The translations under genes and the position numbers were made by a program. This document shows, in pieces, positions 26,117 through 40,492 of a stretch of 64,000 nt of DNA. The stretch covers positions 248,001 to 312,000 of the forward strand of contig JAKMXF010000122.1 of assembly GCA_024704765.1 (NCBI GenBank), read 5' to 3'. Numbering within the stretch: position 1 is the stretch's first letter; every line of letters starts with the position of its first letter. This DNA is from Oopsacas minuta. Lineage: Eukaryota > Animalia > Porifera. The notes under the pieces were generated by a model. It saw only the letters and a program-made list of their open reading frames with translations, made no database searches and was not told where the DNA came from.

Positions 26117-28716
26117 CCGTATACTATTTCTGGAATATTATAAAAACTTTAGCTTATTATGGCAAAAAACACATATTTTGGGCAACGAGGATAAATTCAA
26201 CATTTGTTCGATTAAATATTCATGCTACCTAAGATATCAAATGGCTGAACCAAGTGAAAAATAATAACTATATCCAATGTTAAAAATTAAGATGGATGGG
26301 AAAAATACTTATTATAAAAAGAATAGAGCACGACAATAAGAAACGTATCATTGCACATTCAGCCACACTTCCTAACTTGAATGCTCAAGAAAGGCAAATA
26401 GAGAGAATTATAGGTTGCAACCTAATAGCCCAACATTCAGTTCAATTGAATAATATTTACCGAATAGTTCAATATTCAGTTACCAACCGAATATTATCAG
26501 TATTCGTTTGGGCAAACGGAATAAGATCAGTATGTGGTAGGTTGTTGTTCATGAATTCTGATATTGGGTTCGGTTTCAACCTTGATTTGGATACATGGTT
26601 TACTCATTATGACAACATGAACAAGATAAATCTACACAAGTAATAGGATCAACTCGTGGCTTATCTAATATAAAGAATTTGTTTCAGAAAACTAAACCTA
26701 ACACATATACACTACCTAGGAAATTTTTGACAGTAAGGTATATTGGAGACCAGCGGCCGGATTCAATAAGAATATAAGTTGGAACTTAAATACTAAGTTG
26801 AACTTAAGTACGAACGTGTATATTGAATATAAAATGAATATAAGGCTAATATCCAATATTTCAGTGAAATGAAACTCTATTGATGATTCTTTTCAAGTTT
26901 AGCGCTATGATTTCGATACTTCGGTCATATTACGCTACAGAGATTCGTACTAGCAAAAAACTGTTGGGGCAGAAAGCATGTACTCACTTAGTGCACAGAC
27001 TGCTCGAGTATTTTGTGAGCAGCTCAATTCGCTCCTCGAGGGCTTTCGTTCCCATCACATCCTTAATGAATGGCGGTCCTGGTCGCAATATATTAAATTT
27101 TTTCAAAACATAGAATACATAAATATAATCAAACAGGAATTGGAAATTTTGGTTTTTATAGTAATTTAGAAAAGAATAAATATTAGTCTGGAAATCTTTT
27201 GATATAGTATTAACAATCTTGATTTAAATTGGTATGATTATATGCCTATATGTGAATTCTCTGATATGTTAGTGAAGTAAATTTGATAACAATCATGAAA
27301 AATAGTAGGAACCATCTGATTGAGTGATAAGTTGGAATATCTTTTGCAAAAGCCATAGTGATATATTCATTACTGATATTTGAGTGGTATGGTAATTAGT
27401 AAATGGCACTGTAGAATTGAATTGCAAAAAACTACTTTATAATGATCGATTTTTAGCACAATTAACTGAGTTTATATTATTGTAGTTTCTAGTAAAATTC
27501 TCAGAGTTAGAGGGGAATACTATCGGATGAAAGTATGAACAAATTTATAAAATTCAAGAAATACAACACATTAGAACATTAATAGCTAATTCGGATACTT
27601 AGAGTACTTTTCTGAAATCAAAGTTGCCATATCATCTACAATGTGACTACATCACTCATAATAATACTATTTTCTACTGAAGTTTTTGGGAATATTTATC
27701 TTTGGCTTGCGAGTAATTTTGAATCTAGAATTGTATGGCAGTTATGCACATATAAATATTCAGTTAACAACTCAAATTCCATCACCAGTTGCCTCACGAA
27801 TATGGTCCCCAATAAAGATGCTTGGCAGCGCCGAAAAATGGGTGCAGGCGTATAAACTGATAATATTTTCAAGAGAAGCATTTTCACACTTTTAAGAGAA
27901 CGCTAATGCAAACCACACATTGTATCATAAAGAGGCATTCAAACAAAAAGATATGGATACAAGGTGGTATTGTATGTACATGCGAACTAAATTAGTAAGT
28001 GGTAGAGATACAATCTGTCAACAAATTATTCAGATATAAGATGAAAATTTCTACAAAAGGATAGTAGGACAAGAGATGTTTTTTAACCAAATATCTAAAT
28101 AGTTAGAAATTTGATAATTCATACTTAAACACTCCAATCTATGACAATTTCGCAGTGTTATACGTTCGTATAAATATTTTTGGTGACGTATTTCAATTTG
28201 ACTGATTTCTGCAATATCTATTTAATATTAAAACACTAATTCTCGAATTGTTAATAAGAATTCTCAGCATAGTTTACCAAAATATAATCCTTGAGAATAA
28301 TGTGAATTATTATCCAGGGTCTACTGTATAGTTTATTACGTATTATACATTTTACGCGCATTATACAACATGGATTCTACTCTAGCTTATTAAATATCCA
28401 GTAGATCTCCATTTTTTGAAACAACCTAGGTAATTTAATTACATGGTCAGACCAGAACCACACATTTGCGTAACTGGCTCTGCTAAGCCAGAACCGATTC
28501 TATTAAGCGGAAACAATTGAGTACACATTATCCAAATAGTACATATCCACAGTACAATAATTAATGCTTGAGTATACTAAGCAATTCCACCCAGGAACTG
28601 TGAAGTATCCCCCAGGGCAGAAATTTCCCTTTGGTTTAGATTAATGGATAATTGATAGTTGTAATGAACAAGGTTTCGAATTATCTAATGGTAGAAGAAC
28701 TGTTAGAGTTACTTAC

Positions 28717-29019
28717 CGGGTGTCCAAGATTCCCTTCCATATAGTATGTTGATTCATTAAAATCTCCAACGCGAGGAATATGATTCTTTCTACTTTTTCC
28801 AAGGATTTTCCCAGTATTGGAAATAATAACTGCAGTATTCCAAAGTTGATCCCCATGAGAAGAATCTCTCTCCAGTATAGGAGAGATTATAACCATATTA
28901 TGATGCTTTGCTAATTCACAACAAAATAGAGTAGTGGGTCCATCCTCAGCACTCTGCGCAAGTTCTGTCCAGGGGTATTTCTCGCGTGTACAAAAGATAA
29001 AAGGGATATTCCAAGCTTC
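28717..29019 (-). CDS. UPB1: Beta-ureidopropionase, internal coding exon (101 codons)
   Basis: cttttag|[30 protein letters not shown]...SPILERD...[43 protein letters not shown]|gtaagt. Contains the catalytic Glu (EAW) and Lys (RKNHIP). Phase 0 at both ends. Confidence 0.97.
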
Positions 29020-30369
29020 CTAAAAGTAGCATAAATTACAATCACTAACAGAGGACAGATAGTAAGTGCCACCATAGTAGAGCACATACCAGATTTATGA
29101 TAATAGAAGTATCACATAAATATGAATCTACGAACTTAGGTGAATTGAGATACAATTATCATAGAACAATATCGTCGGGGGTACATGTAAATAGATTGTT
29201 GGATTGGGTATAAAGCATACAAATAGGCACAGAAATAAATCATGCCCAAAATTGCGCTTCAGCTATAGAGCCATTTTGGAGTATATCTCGGAATAATATT
29301 TCTACAGAAACAGTGGGATAAGTCACGGATGTGACAGGAATGTAGCCACATTCCAATCCTAAATTTTGTCAGAAAAAACCTATTCTTTTCAAGTTGCATC
29401 TTGCTACAATATGAAATAAGGAAGAATGATTATATTATAAATATACGTATGTAACTAAAATGTAGGAAATATATATGTTAGATAAATTTAACACATGTTT
29501 TCAAGAAACTATGCATTAAAAATAGATATCTAGAAGTGAGAATTGGTTAGATTTTAGTAATGAGTTGCAAAGCTATCCTAGTGACCATCGTAGAATTCGC
29601 AGTTGATAGAATTGGGATTATACCTATCCCCTGATGTATAATCTGCTAATATATATGAGGCACAGATACTTGCCTATTCAAATCAAAACTTTTGATCACT
29701 CATCAGAATAAACTTGACTATATACCTTAATTTAGATCTGTGGTCGGAAATATAGTTTGGCAAATGCCACAATACAGAAATCACCACATCACCATTACCC
29801 GAACTACTGTGGTCCTCGTGCATTTACCATTCGCTTGCTAGCAATATTCGCCAAATTCCGAATAAAGTGGGAATGGTTAAATTTTGTATTGGAGAAAGTA
29901 ATTATTACGCCAGCAAGTGAGTAATATATTCTTAATGGAAATTCTAGTAGGCATATCAAGATTAATGAGGGGATGAGACAGAGCACATCACTACAGATTT
30001 CGCATTGCGGATTTTTGACTAATCATATAATTGTTGTAATGAAGCCATACTGAAAGGATTCATCATTGAAGGAAGGCTACTAGTATATATAATGATATAA
30101 ATGAGATAATGAGTGAATTTGAAAATAATCATTGTTAATATTATATAATATGAATATACGTAGTTAATGCACTGACTTTCTACTCACATTGTTGCGGACA
30201 CTATATTATTGCAGATAGGCCTCATAAAGGACTGTATCAATTGTAAGCATAGTTTTATTCTTATGTTTCTTTGGTTTCAGTATAGTAAGTATATTCTCTT
30301 ATGAATTGAACTAAATCTTAGTTGATTCCATGTACACTAACCAAGCATAATTATTACAAAGAAACCACT

Positions 30370-31265
30370 TGGGCCATTCAAAAAGTTCCATCCTTAGTTT
30401 ATAGCAGCAAAGCTCTACTCGATTACATGAAGTGCACAGTATATCCTAATAGCCCTATCTATATAATGCAATTAAGCAATTCACTCTAGCTATATACATT
30501 TTGATTTATCATACTTTCAATTTTACCTATTTTCGAGAGTCATCTTTTCATGCCTTCAAAACACATATCAAGCAAAACCGAACAACTAGCCTACATAAAG
30601 ATTCGTACCGTACTCGGCGACAAACCACTCCAGATACATGAGGATCTGGTCGCTGTTTATCATGGGGAAGCTCTAGTATATTCCATTGCAAAGGAATGGG
30701 CACGTAAAATAATGGCTAGTAGGAGTAGCATTGTAGATGCCTATTTAACTGGAAGACCAACTCAGTTACCACACCTTAAATTGCCTCCGAAATTCTGGAA
30801 CTTTTGCATATGACCCCCATTTGCGCGTTGAAGAGATTACCCTAATCCTGGAAGTCTCATCGGGAAGTGTTCATCAATTCTACACGATTATCTTAGAGTA
30901 AAAGATTTCAGCGACATGGCTACAAAAAATCCCCACAAAGGGACAAAAGGAAAAGAGGGTTTCATGCGCAAAAAATTCCTTGAAGAATATAGAGATTGTA
31001 ATTCTCGAGATTAATATGAAATCGTTACAGGTGACGAACTTGAATTAAATTTTCTGAACCTATGCGTAAGGTAAAAAGCAAATTGTGGCTCCCAAGAGGT
31101 TTCTTTCTCCCCGAAAAAGGAGCGTCTGGACTTGAGAGAGACAAGGTTCTTTACAACATATTTCTTGATGCGTATGGGCCTGTTCCTAAAATGCCTGTGC
31201 CTAAAGGAGTATAACTCAATCGAGAATTATATCCAGATAAATGCCTGAGAAATGTTTACTCTCGA
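30370..31265 (+). mobile_element. 3'-truncated mariner remnant
   Basis: Left end tgggccattcaaaaagttccatcc. ORF 30550 (MPSKHISSKTEQLAYIKIRTVLG..., mariner HTH). IVTGDE motif near 31020. Confidence 0.7.
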
Positions 31266-32963
31266 ATTATTAGCTAGTATTATTAGCTATGATTACTAAT
31301 ACAAGTCATTTTCAGCTTGGGAGTTGAGACTTTGACTAGTTTGAACAAACACATAACATAATAGTTTGAAGAAATGCATGATTGCTCATCCCTTTACAAA
31401 GGGATGATATCCTAAGCACGCCAATCAAGTAGGAGAATTTTACTCTGATTTATAGTTAATCTCTATCTATTAATTATACTATGATTGGTATTTTAATATT
31501 GTTTTTAGATTAGAAAATGGTACACGCGTTAGGGAGGTGCCAGGATCTTCGAGTGCCGGAAATAGGCCGTTCTACTGTAATCATATTTTCACACCTTTTT
31601 GCATATTATGTAAATGATGATAGAAAATTCATTCAACCGTTAGCCTGGAGTAATCCACTATGGTGGTTCAAATTTTGAAATTCTCAAATCTATATCTACA
31701 TCAGTGGTCTGGAAAATGCGCCCCGATAGCAAGTTTGGTGGCCCTGACATGCGTGTCCTGCTCACTTAAACTAGCCATCGTAGATGTAATAATTAAGTCT
31801 ATAACCTTATTTGAGAGCAAAGTATTCTTGTATAACACTGTTGTATATTTTGTCTTTAATCTATAATATAATCAAGCACCTTTAAGTTACTCGCGCTCCG
31901 CATTGCGAAGATTGAGCACTTCATGTTCGCGGGCTGGGCACTTAGTGCCTCGATTCAAACTATAATATAAATAGCAATTAATGAAATTATGAATTAAAGC
32001 TACTAGCTGTGTGAAACTTGAAAAATCTTGGCTATTGAAGACCCATGTATCGTCGTATAGAGTAAGTCTCCTCGATTATTTAAAATTTTCAATCATTTTT
32101 ACTGTACATTCATAATAACAGCAATTAACATATATGAGAACCTTGAAATTCGGATTAACATACTTTGTTACCCCAGTATAAATGTTGAGAATAAATGTCT
32201 TCAATATTTTCAGATTAGTAAATTTGTTTACTTCTAATTGGATTCAGCATATTCTATTTTGCAATGAAGACTTGTTACTAAGAATAGGATAAATTTCGAA
32301 AATATTTCGGCCAGTTGAGAGTTGATAATGGTGGATGTGGGATTCTACGAATAAAGATTTCCGACCTCTGATCTACATGATGTATAATTTGGTTTAGCGA
32401 TTAATAATTTGTTATTGACAAGTAACAAGACACAAGTGCCGGGACTGCAATACCAGTCTTTCTGATAGAGATATTGTTAATTATATTATTAAATGGAGAT
32501 ATTTAGAAGATGTAGTTATATAAAAATTGCCTCTAGAGATCCATGTAACTAAAGGTCGCAAGCCAGCCCAGAACTCGGGCTTGTTGATCATCTAGTCGTG
32601 GCCTATTTGAGCTTCTGGCTTGGTCCTTGGGGCTGATACTTTGGGACTACAACAGGCCAGTGTATTTCTAACTAATTTCGTTTAATTCCAAAAATCATCG
32701 AATTTGTATTCAAATCACACTTCTGGAGGTACGATTTGATTTATCAATTTTTCATTCAATTTAAGAACATTCTAAAATAAGTCTTAGGTATGCGTCGAGG
32801 TTCGGAACTTGCATGCGTTAGGTCTGGCTGGGCAAGGCTTCGGCAGACAATTCAGGTAATTCTAACCTCAAATAAATAGTGTAATAATTAACTTTGATTG
32901 CGCCCCTACCTAATAAACCTGACTACGCAAGTGACTGATCTACATGGGAAATATCTCATACAT

Positions 32964-35900
32964 CGTGACCTTCGTTATAAAAAGTCAACTCACAACTGTA
33001 AAATTTTGGACCATGGATGAGACCGAAGTCTATTTACAGTTGACCCATGAATAATATACAATTATACATGGCAGACTATATAAGTTTCTTTCTTTAGCTA
33101 TTGTGGATTGATGCAATCTATTGATCATACTAAACCATAATGATTATTTATCGCTTGATATTAATACAAATAATGATAACAATTTATTCGATTCTAGCTA
33201 TGATCGTTCGATTAATTTGCAATTATGTACTTTCCGTTCTTTTTCTCTAGTTTGCTAATTTTTAACACATATATTTAAATATTGTTTGTTCTCACTCCTT
33301 GGGTTATCTCCATACATTAATTATTATTTCATTTGAAAATTAAATAGACTTATGCCGAATCGATGCTCAGCACCTGGGTGTAGAAACAACGACAATGGCA
33401 AACCATTTGCACCTGATTTCAAACTTCCAAGAGGATCACCTGAACTAGTTCAACAGTGGCTGAGGTTTGTGTAGAGAGGTGTTGAAGATCTTAAGAATAT
33501 ACACATATGTGCAAAACATTTCTCAGATGTGGACATCGAGACCACGTATTCAATTGCACAAGCGGATGGTACGAAGATCGAAAAAACCCTAAACTGAGAA
33601 AAGCTCAGTGCCTAAATTTTGCCAAATTGCCGTTAGTATTTCTCTACTATTGCTACGAGGGGTACTCAATAATTTTGAGCCTAAGTAGCAAAAAGCATCA
33701 ATCTATATTTATTGTTACTATAATTGTTCGAAATAGCATCCCTTAGCTTGAATACACTTGTTCATTCCTTTAAATCAAGCTTGAATAGCTTCTTTAAATT
33801 CATTTTCGTTGACGTGTTCGATCACTTCTCTGAGGCCCCCACAAATTCAGAATTCGATGAAAATTTTCTGCCTTTAAGGTATTTTTTTATTCTAGAAAAG
33901 AGCCAGAAGTCGCAGGGTGCTAGATCTGGAGAATAAGGGGGGTTTGGCAAATATGCAGTCCTGATTCTTCAATGAATTGTCTTGTCATTTTTGATGTATG
34001 AGAACTGGCATTATCGTGGTGCAAAAAAGTTCCCCTTAATCCTGTGCCAGGATGCTATAAATTTATTGCTTTTATGACTAGAGGAAAGCAACTCTCTATA
34101 TACCAGGTTGAATGAATTGTCTTACCAGGTTCAAGAGGTACAACTGTTTTAACACCCGTTGTATTAAACAAAATTGCATGCATTTGTTTCTTGGTGTGCT
34201 GAGTTCTGCGAACCTTTGTTGGGAGACCTTCTCCAATTTCACACCATTGATGGCTCTGCTGCTTTGTTTCTGGATCATAGTGATAGATCCATGTTTCATC
34301 ACCAGTTATTATCTTGGAAACATTTCTACTGTTGCCATTGTTGAATTTTTAAGCATTTCATGGCACCATTTCATTCGATTCTGCTTCTGCTCAGGATGAA
34401 GCTGATGTGGGATCCAGCGGTCGCAAAGTTTACGTAGCTAAAGGGATTGGTGTAAAACGGTGTGTACTGCCCAGGATGAAATGCCAATTTCGTGCTGAAT
34501 CCTCTCATATGTAACATTTGGGTCTGCTATCACCATGTCCTCAATTGTCTCAATAATTCCCTCTGTAACAGCGTATGGGGGTGGTTCAGGGCGGGGTTGG
34601 TCTTCAAGATGAAAATTCCCACACTTAAATTCTCTATACCATCTTTTCACTGTTGCCGCAGATACCTTGTTATTTGGAAAGGCTGTACTGAAATTTTCGT
34701 GACATTCTTTTATTGTTTTCAAAAGTTGGAACTGAAAAGTATTATCGCACGAATATCACGCCTTGATAACTGTATTGAGGATTTGGTAACTAAGGAATCC
34801 ATAGATAATAAAACTACTGCTATCTGAAAAGTATACAAGATAAAGTAACTAGATTTTCAGCGAAGGATATTTATCCCATGTTTATTCGAAACAAGTAATG
34901 GTTTACTTATAAAAGAGCTCGCAACATAATCAGGCTCAAAACTTATTGAGTACCCCTCGTATATCTTCATTCGCTTAGATAAAGGTGCTAAAGATCAAAA
35001 TCGATTCTCTATGTCTCTTCACCAAAGTTTGAAACAAGAACGCATAGGGAAAATAGTTAAATTTTACGTACAGACCTTGCAAGACTTGCAAGATAAAGTA
35101 AATCCAGCGAGACTGCCTAAGGATTGGGTTTTGTGGCATTCTAGTGTGTCCATATATTTCATCAAGCTCAGAATATTGGATTCGGTACCAAGTATAGAAT
35201 ATTCCCTCTCTACCAATGAATCTTTAGTTGTCAATGCCTTTGCGTACAATAAACAAGTTACAATGCCTCTAAATACTATACCTGATATCAGACAAACTGA
35301 AGATTTGCTAGAGACACTTGAGAATATTGAAGGAGTATCTGATAAACTAACACAACAGTAAATTTATAATGCCATTAATCACCTACGTATCGCACTCAGT
35401 AACCTCCAAGAAAAGAATAACTCGACAGCACTTCTATACCTACAGTCAGTGAATCGACCAATCAAATGCAAAGGAATATTTTACCTCATCTACAATTCAC
35501 CATCAACCAATTAGAAAAGCTTATAGCACGCAAAGTCACCGAAGGTGTAAACTTATCATTCTTGTATTGGCACTTTAAAGTCAGTTAATTTCGCCAGCAT
35601 GCTAACGATATCTTCAATCTCTGGAATGTATTTCTTTACCTCATCACTCAACTCTTGAACGATTATACTCTAACATTGGTCTAGACACTGAATTTACATG
35701 CTTTCTTCAACAATCAACCATAGATTTCAATTATATGGAACGGTGAATAATTATGGAAATGGATAAGGTTCATGGAAAATTTGAGTATGCATACAAGGGT
35801 GGTAAGATAATGGAGCATCTATGCAACCAGATTATCCAGCGACAACTGTTTTCGCGATAATGGTTTCAAGTATCTACAAGAAATGGTCCACAATTGTTTG

Positions 35901-37643
35901 AGTAGTTCCTTTTCCAGGTCATCAGCGAAAGAACCGTATCCAATAATCAAAGCAGTTATCAATGATATTGAGAATTGTAATTTAACGGTTGAGGCCATTT
36001 GCACAGATAATTATCCCAAGAACGTGTCTAAATTTAAGCTATTATAGCCAATTGGCATAATAGAGACTGTCATTCCACATTCTTTCAACCAGGATCGTTC
36101 AATAGTATTACTTTTCGATTTTGTACACATACTGAAGAGCATCAGCAATAATTGGCTAAATTAGCATGATTTCAATCGTACTATTTCCTAATCGAATTTT
36201 GCGGATTTTAGCCCGGTTAGGAGAGCCCTCTTTGGAGATATCGTCTCCTCTAGCGCAGTGAGCAGAACTCTGTTGCCAAACTAGCTCATCGTCTCACAGC
36301 AAAATCATGCTGGCCATCAACTCCAGAATGTTAAAGTGTTAGTTTAGCTCTTCGAGTACTTAATGAATCAACCATTTGGAAATTTTTCAATTTCAACACT
36401 CCAAAAAAAGGGATTCAGTTTAATGATGAACTGTCTCATACATTAGTCAACAACGATTCTAATTTCAATACCTCAGGAAATAGTAGACTGGTGTGATCAA
36501 TGGCAAACTCTTCCAGAGAAATCCGGTGAATTAACCACACAGACATTCGCAAGTTAACATCATTTTTGCTTGGCTTTACCTAAATTGTAAACCATCTAAG
36601 TCAGAATCGTGGATTTCCTCTCGTCCTTTCATATATTTCCTGCATACTGATCCCTTTGAGCTTAACTTTGGACTTTACAGAATGATGGCAGGTGTACAAT
36701 ACCACATCACTTATTGTCAATTATAGGAGAGGGAACATCGAAATAAGTTATCTAACATCATTAAACTGCTACCCAGACTCTCAATGGATACTTTCTCAAT
36801 TAGAAAACTCTTGGATTCGTTTTCTTCTTTTAGTTACAATTTGGAAACTTCTCTTAACTTAGAATCTCACCTAGCACTTTTGCAAACATGTGATGATATT
36901 GATACAGATGTAAATTCTTTACAGTATATTGTATTCATAACTGGATACGCAGTTCATAAATACCTCTTAATGTCTCAAAATTGCAGTGAGTGTCGTCTCT
37001 TTCAACAGAAGAAAAGGATTTGCAAGTTGAAGAACCTCCTGATTCGAAGTATAAGCTTGTGCAAATCATAGACCGTGGTCCACTGAAGTGGCCTTCAAAT
37101 GAAGTAATTGATGCTATTCTGACTGTATTGTCAAGCTTCAAGAAGATAGGGAACAGTAGTGAATTATGGAATGACTTTCTCATTGGACCATCTTTTCCAA
37201 TACTTGTAGAATTGACTGTTATTCTAGTTGAACTCCAGCAGAGCGAAACATGGAGATATACATGCCCAGGTTGTGGAGTTATTGGTTGGAAGATACTACA
37301 GAAATTGGCTACAGATACTTCTAATTGCATCTTGCCTAATAAAACAAAAAATATGAAAACATTAAAGGCATTGTGCACTGATAATGTTGCCAAGTTTAAG
37401 AAATTGAGATCCAACATGTTACTAGGATTATATTAACAGTCATTCTTATTTGTGTTATTCCAATTAGTTAGTTTACTTTTAGCTTTATTTTTACTTGTGG
37501 TAAACGAGAAGTAATATAAGTGCTGTAATGACGATCTGATAAGATAAATTTAGAGTTAACAAATTATAGATTAATGGACTTCTGTCTCATCCATGGTCTA
37601 AAATTAGAAAATTGTGAATAGGCCATTTATAACGAAGGCCACG
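32964..37643 (+). mobile_element. THAP9/P-element-like transposon, copy P2 (decayed, mariner inserted)
   Basis: ~80-bp imperfect TIRs cgtgaccttcgttataa... / ...ttataacgaaggccacg. 7-bp TSD catacat at 32957-32963 and 37644-37650. THAP domain from ATG 33352 (MPNRCSAPGC...QWLRF...ICAKHF). Motifs LFDFVHILKSISNNWLN and TDPFE..FGLYRMMAG. Confidence 0.9.
33656..34959 (-). mobile_element. Mariner (DD34D-type) element nested in P2
   Basis: TA-flanked TIR cgaggggtactcaataa(g)ttttgagcct. Motifs RWIPHQL, GDETW and PPYSPDLAPCDFWLF. Frameshifted. Confidence 0.9.
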
Positions 37644-38191
37644 CATACATTTACAAATATATTTCAGAAATACAGACGATGAAATCATGTTGTAAGAAAT
37701 AAGCAAAAAACTTGAGGTATAAGGAAGTCAAAGAGGACGATCAAAATTGTAATAATCTTAACTATCAAGCGTCGATGTGAGTATAAATAGAAACAACTAG
37801 CCAAGCGAATTCAACAAAAGGGTCAACCAATAGGGTTAGCACAAATTTTGAGAATGGAATGTTATCACATTACTGTGTACTCCTTCGTTGCTAGGGAAAA
37901 AATTCCCAAACATATTCGAGTAATCACTTAAACGAAGGAATATTTATGCTGATGACGAGCATCGACATAAAATTGGATTAGAGTGACTTTAAGGAATTCA
38001 GAGAGGCTTAAGATATACAATGTGTCATAGGGGGACAATAAAATGTGTGGTACAACATAAGAGTCTGAGATATTTTCGAGATGGCTTCACGTATCGAATC
38101 ACTACTTATAACATATGGATGTGATCTGGAAAGTTTCATGCTTTTTAGAAAATCTGGACCATGGATTGCGAAGAGACGCAATATGTTCATA

Positions 38192-39276
38192 CAGGGTGAG
38201 CCAAAAGTTCTGCAACTAAATTCGCATTTCATAACTTTGTTGAGCAACCTTTTGGAATGTGATATACGATAACTATTCCATGTGACTCGAATAAATATCA
38301 TACTACAACATTGATGTCCACCATACTGCAATAATGTCTGAAACCAAACATATTGTGGCTAAGAGGTCTGAGTATCCAACTTTGGTTGAATGGACTTCGA
38401 GAGACAGAAATATTGAACTCACTAGATTCGAAGAATTACACGCGATCCTTCATTTCTTGGACTATTTCTAGATACAACAAGTGTGGAACAGTGAAAGACG
38501 TGCTTCGTTCTGGTCGAACACGTTCTGTTCGTGCCACAGCAGCCAAGCGGAAGGTCAAGCAGATTATAATCAGAAAGCCGAAGATATCCGACAAACAAAT
38601 AGAAAGTAGGATTTTAACTTCTAGCACATCGGTGCGGCGAATTCTCAAATACGATGTAGGTGTTAAGTCATTCAAGAGAACTAAAACCGCAGCCCAAACT
38701 CCACTCACGATTGGTAAAAGATTGCAACGTTGTCGTATGCTGATGAACGGTCTCCGAAATGTTGATCATGGAAATATCGTTGTTTCAGATGAGAAAATAT
38801 GGTGTATCGATGAAAGTATAACAGTCAAAACTCGCGCATGTATTCTATATCCGTGATAAGATACCTGAGGAATGTAAACATGTTGCAAGAACTTCACATC
38901 CTAAGTCAGTGATGGTATGTGCTGGATATTCGGCAAAAGGGAAAACAAGAATGATTTTTGTGTCAGAGGGCGCAAATTAACGCTAATTCATACCAGAAAG
39001 TGATTCTATCAAAACAAATATTCTCCCTATAAGTCATACCTTCATGAAGGGAGAAAATTGCATGCGCCAAATTACCTGAAAGATTTAAAATGTGCATCAA
39101 AGCTAAAGGGAAGATTTGAAATGAATTAGATCTCATATTATACGAATTCAGGGATTTAGGAGTAATTAATATAGTTAGTTTATCCATAAACGTACAACGA
39201 TATTTCTAAAGTTATAGCATAAAACTTTGAACTATGTATTAATTGTAATTTATTGCAGCACTTTTGGCTCACCCTG
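38192..39276 (+). mobile_element. Tc1/maT-like element, internally deleted and decayed
   Basis: TA-flanked TIR cagggtgagccaaaagt. ORF remnants RSGRTRSV, IVVSDEK and KSVMV. 1085 bp; the second catalytic Asp region is missing. Confidence 0.85.
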
Positions 39277-39799
39277 TATAGGCAATTCGATCAATTTTGA
39301 TGATATCAAAATGATACACTTTGACCCTTATAAATGTTTTGTTGATACATAGCATTTACTAGAAATCACCTCAAAAGCATTTTCCAGGTCGAAATGGCAT
39401 CATATGATTATGATATAAGTAATATATTCTCAAAATGCACAAACTTTGAAGCATGGCTAAAGAATAATTGACTCTTATGATTGCAGAATTATAGAGTTTT
39501 ACTAAATTATCAATGAAAGGTGTTACGTTCCTGAGGTATAACGTTGACGATTTACCTGACATTTCTGTCCACATTCATCTTTTCCAGAATAACCAGAAAA
39601 TTCATCGATGATTATTGACAGAGATTTTGTTGCCATGGTCACTGGTACATTTCAGTAATGTGACGTTTCTCATTGAAATCTTTATCTCAAAGACTCTTTA
39701 GATCATCAAGTATAATTCTGTAACCGAAAATGACTAATGTAAGTTTCAAGAGTGACTATCTTCTTGATGAATGTTTGGTGACTTGGTTTTGGGTGGTGC

Positions 39800-40427
39800 T
39801 GTCGTATGACAGAGTTACTGCCATGACAATTTAATTACGTCTATTACTGGTATCAGGGATACTCTATATCCATGACAGAGTTGCTACCTTACATGACCGA
39901 ATTAATATCCTTTGATTATGACATGAATTCGTATATCTCAACTCTAGTTCTTTTCACACTCATAAAAATGCATTTTCAATGGTTTCTTTGGTTCTACTAT
40001 AGAGTTATATTGATAGTAATGTGTCTACTCACTTCATTTAATTCGAAATTGTTACTTCACCAAATATGATAACAATATATTTTCTAAAATAAAATATTCA
40101 TTTAATAAATTACAACAGATTAGGTAAACAATTAATCGACAATTCGGACACAGTAATAAGAAACACAAATTATGAAAGTATAGTAGGTCATCCATCACTC
40201 AATGATCACCATATCACTAAAGCTGTAGGTATGTAGTATAACTTTAGAGCAGAAACAAAGAAACCATTGAAAATGCACTATTATCAGTGTGATAAGAACT
40301 AAGTGGGTTATACAATTTCATGTCATGGCAATCGGGTAATAATTCTATCATGTAAAGTACTAGCACTGGAATGGATATAGAGTATCCATGGTACCGGTAA
40401 TAGAGGTAGTAAATCTGTCATACAACA
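39800..40427. mobile_element. Non-autonomous Ginger-type MITE (628 bp)
   Basis: Ends TGTCGTATGACA / TGTCATACAACA. ~230-bp diverged inverted arms. Flanks GTGC (39796-39799) and GTAC (40428-40431) fit a 4-bp TSD with 1 mismatch. Confidence 0.7.
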
Positions 40428-40492
40428 GTACTATATATCAATAAGATATTAATTGTGCCAATGTGTATCATTAATATATCAAAAAACTAATA

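Noticed and set aside
26756-27080. Harbinger-like MITE ends (ggccggattcaataag; similar at ~54250-54546)
   Set aside because: The partner ends are too degenerate and there is no clear 3-bp TSD, so it was not listed as a feature.
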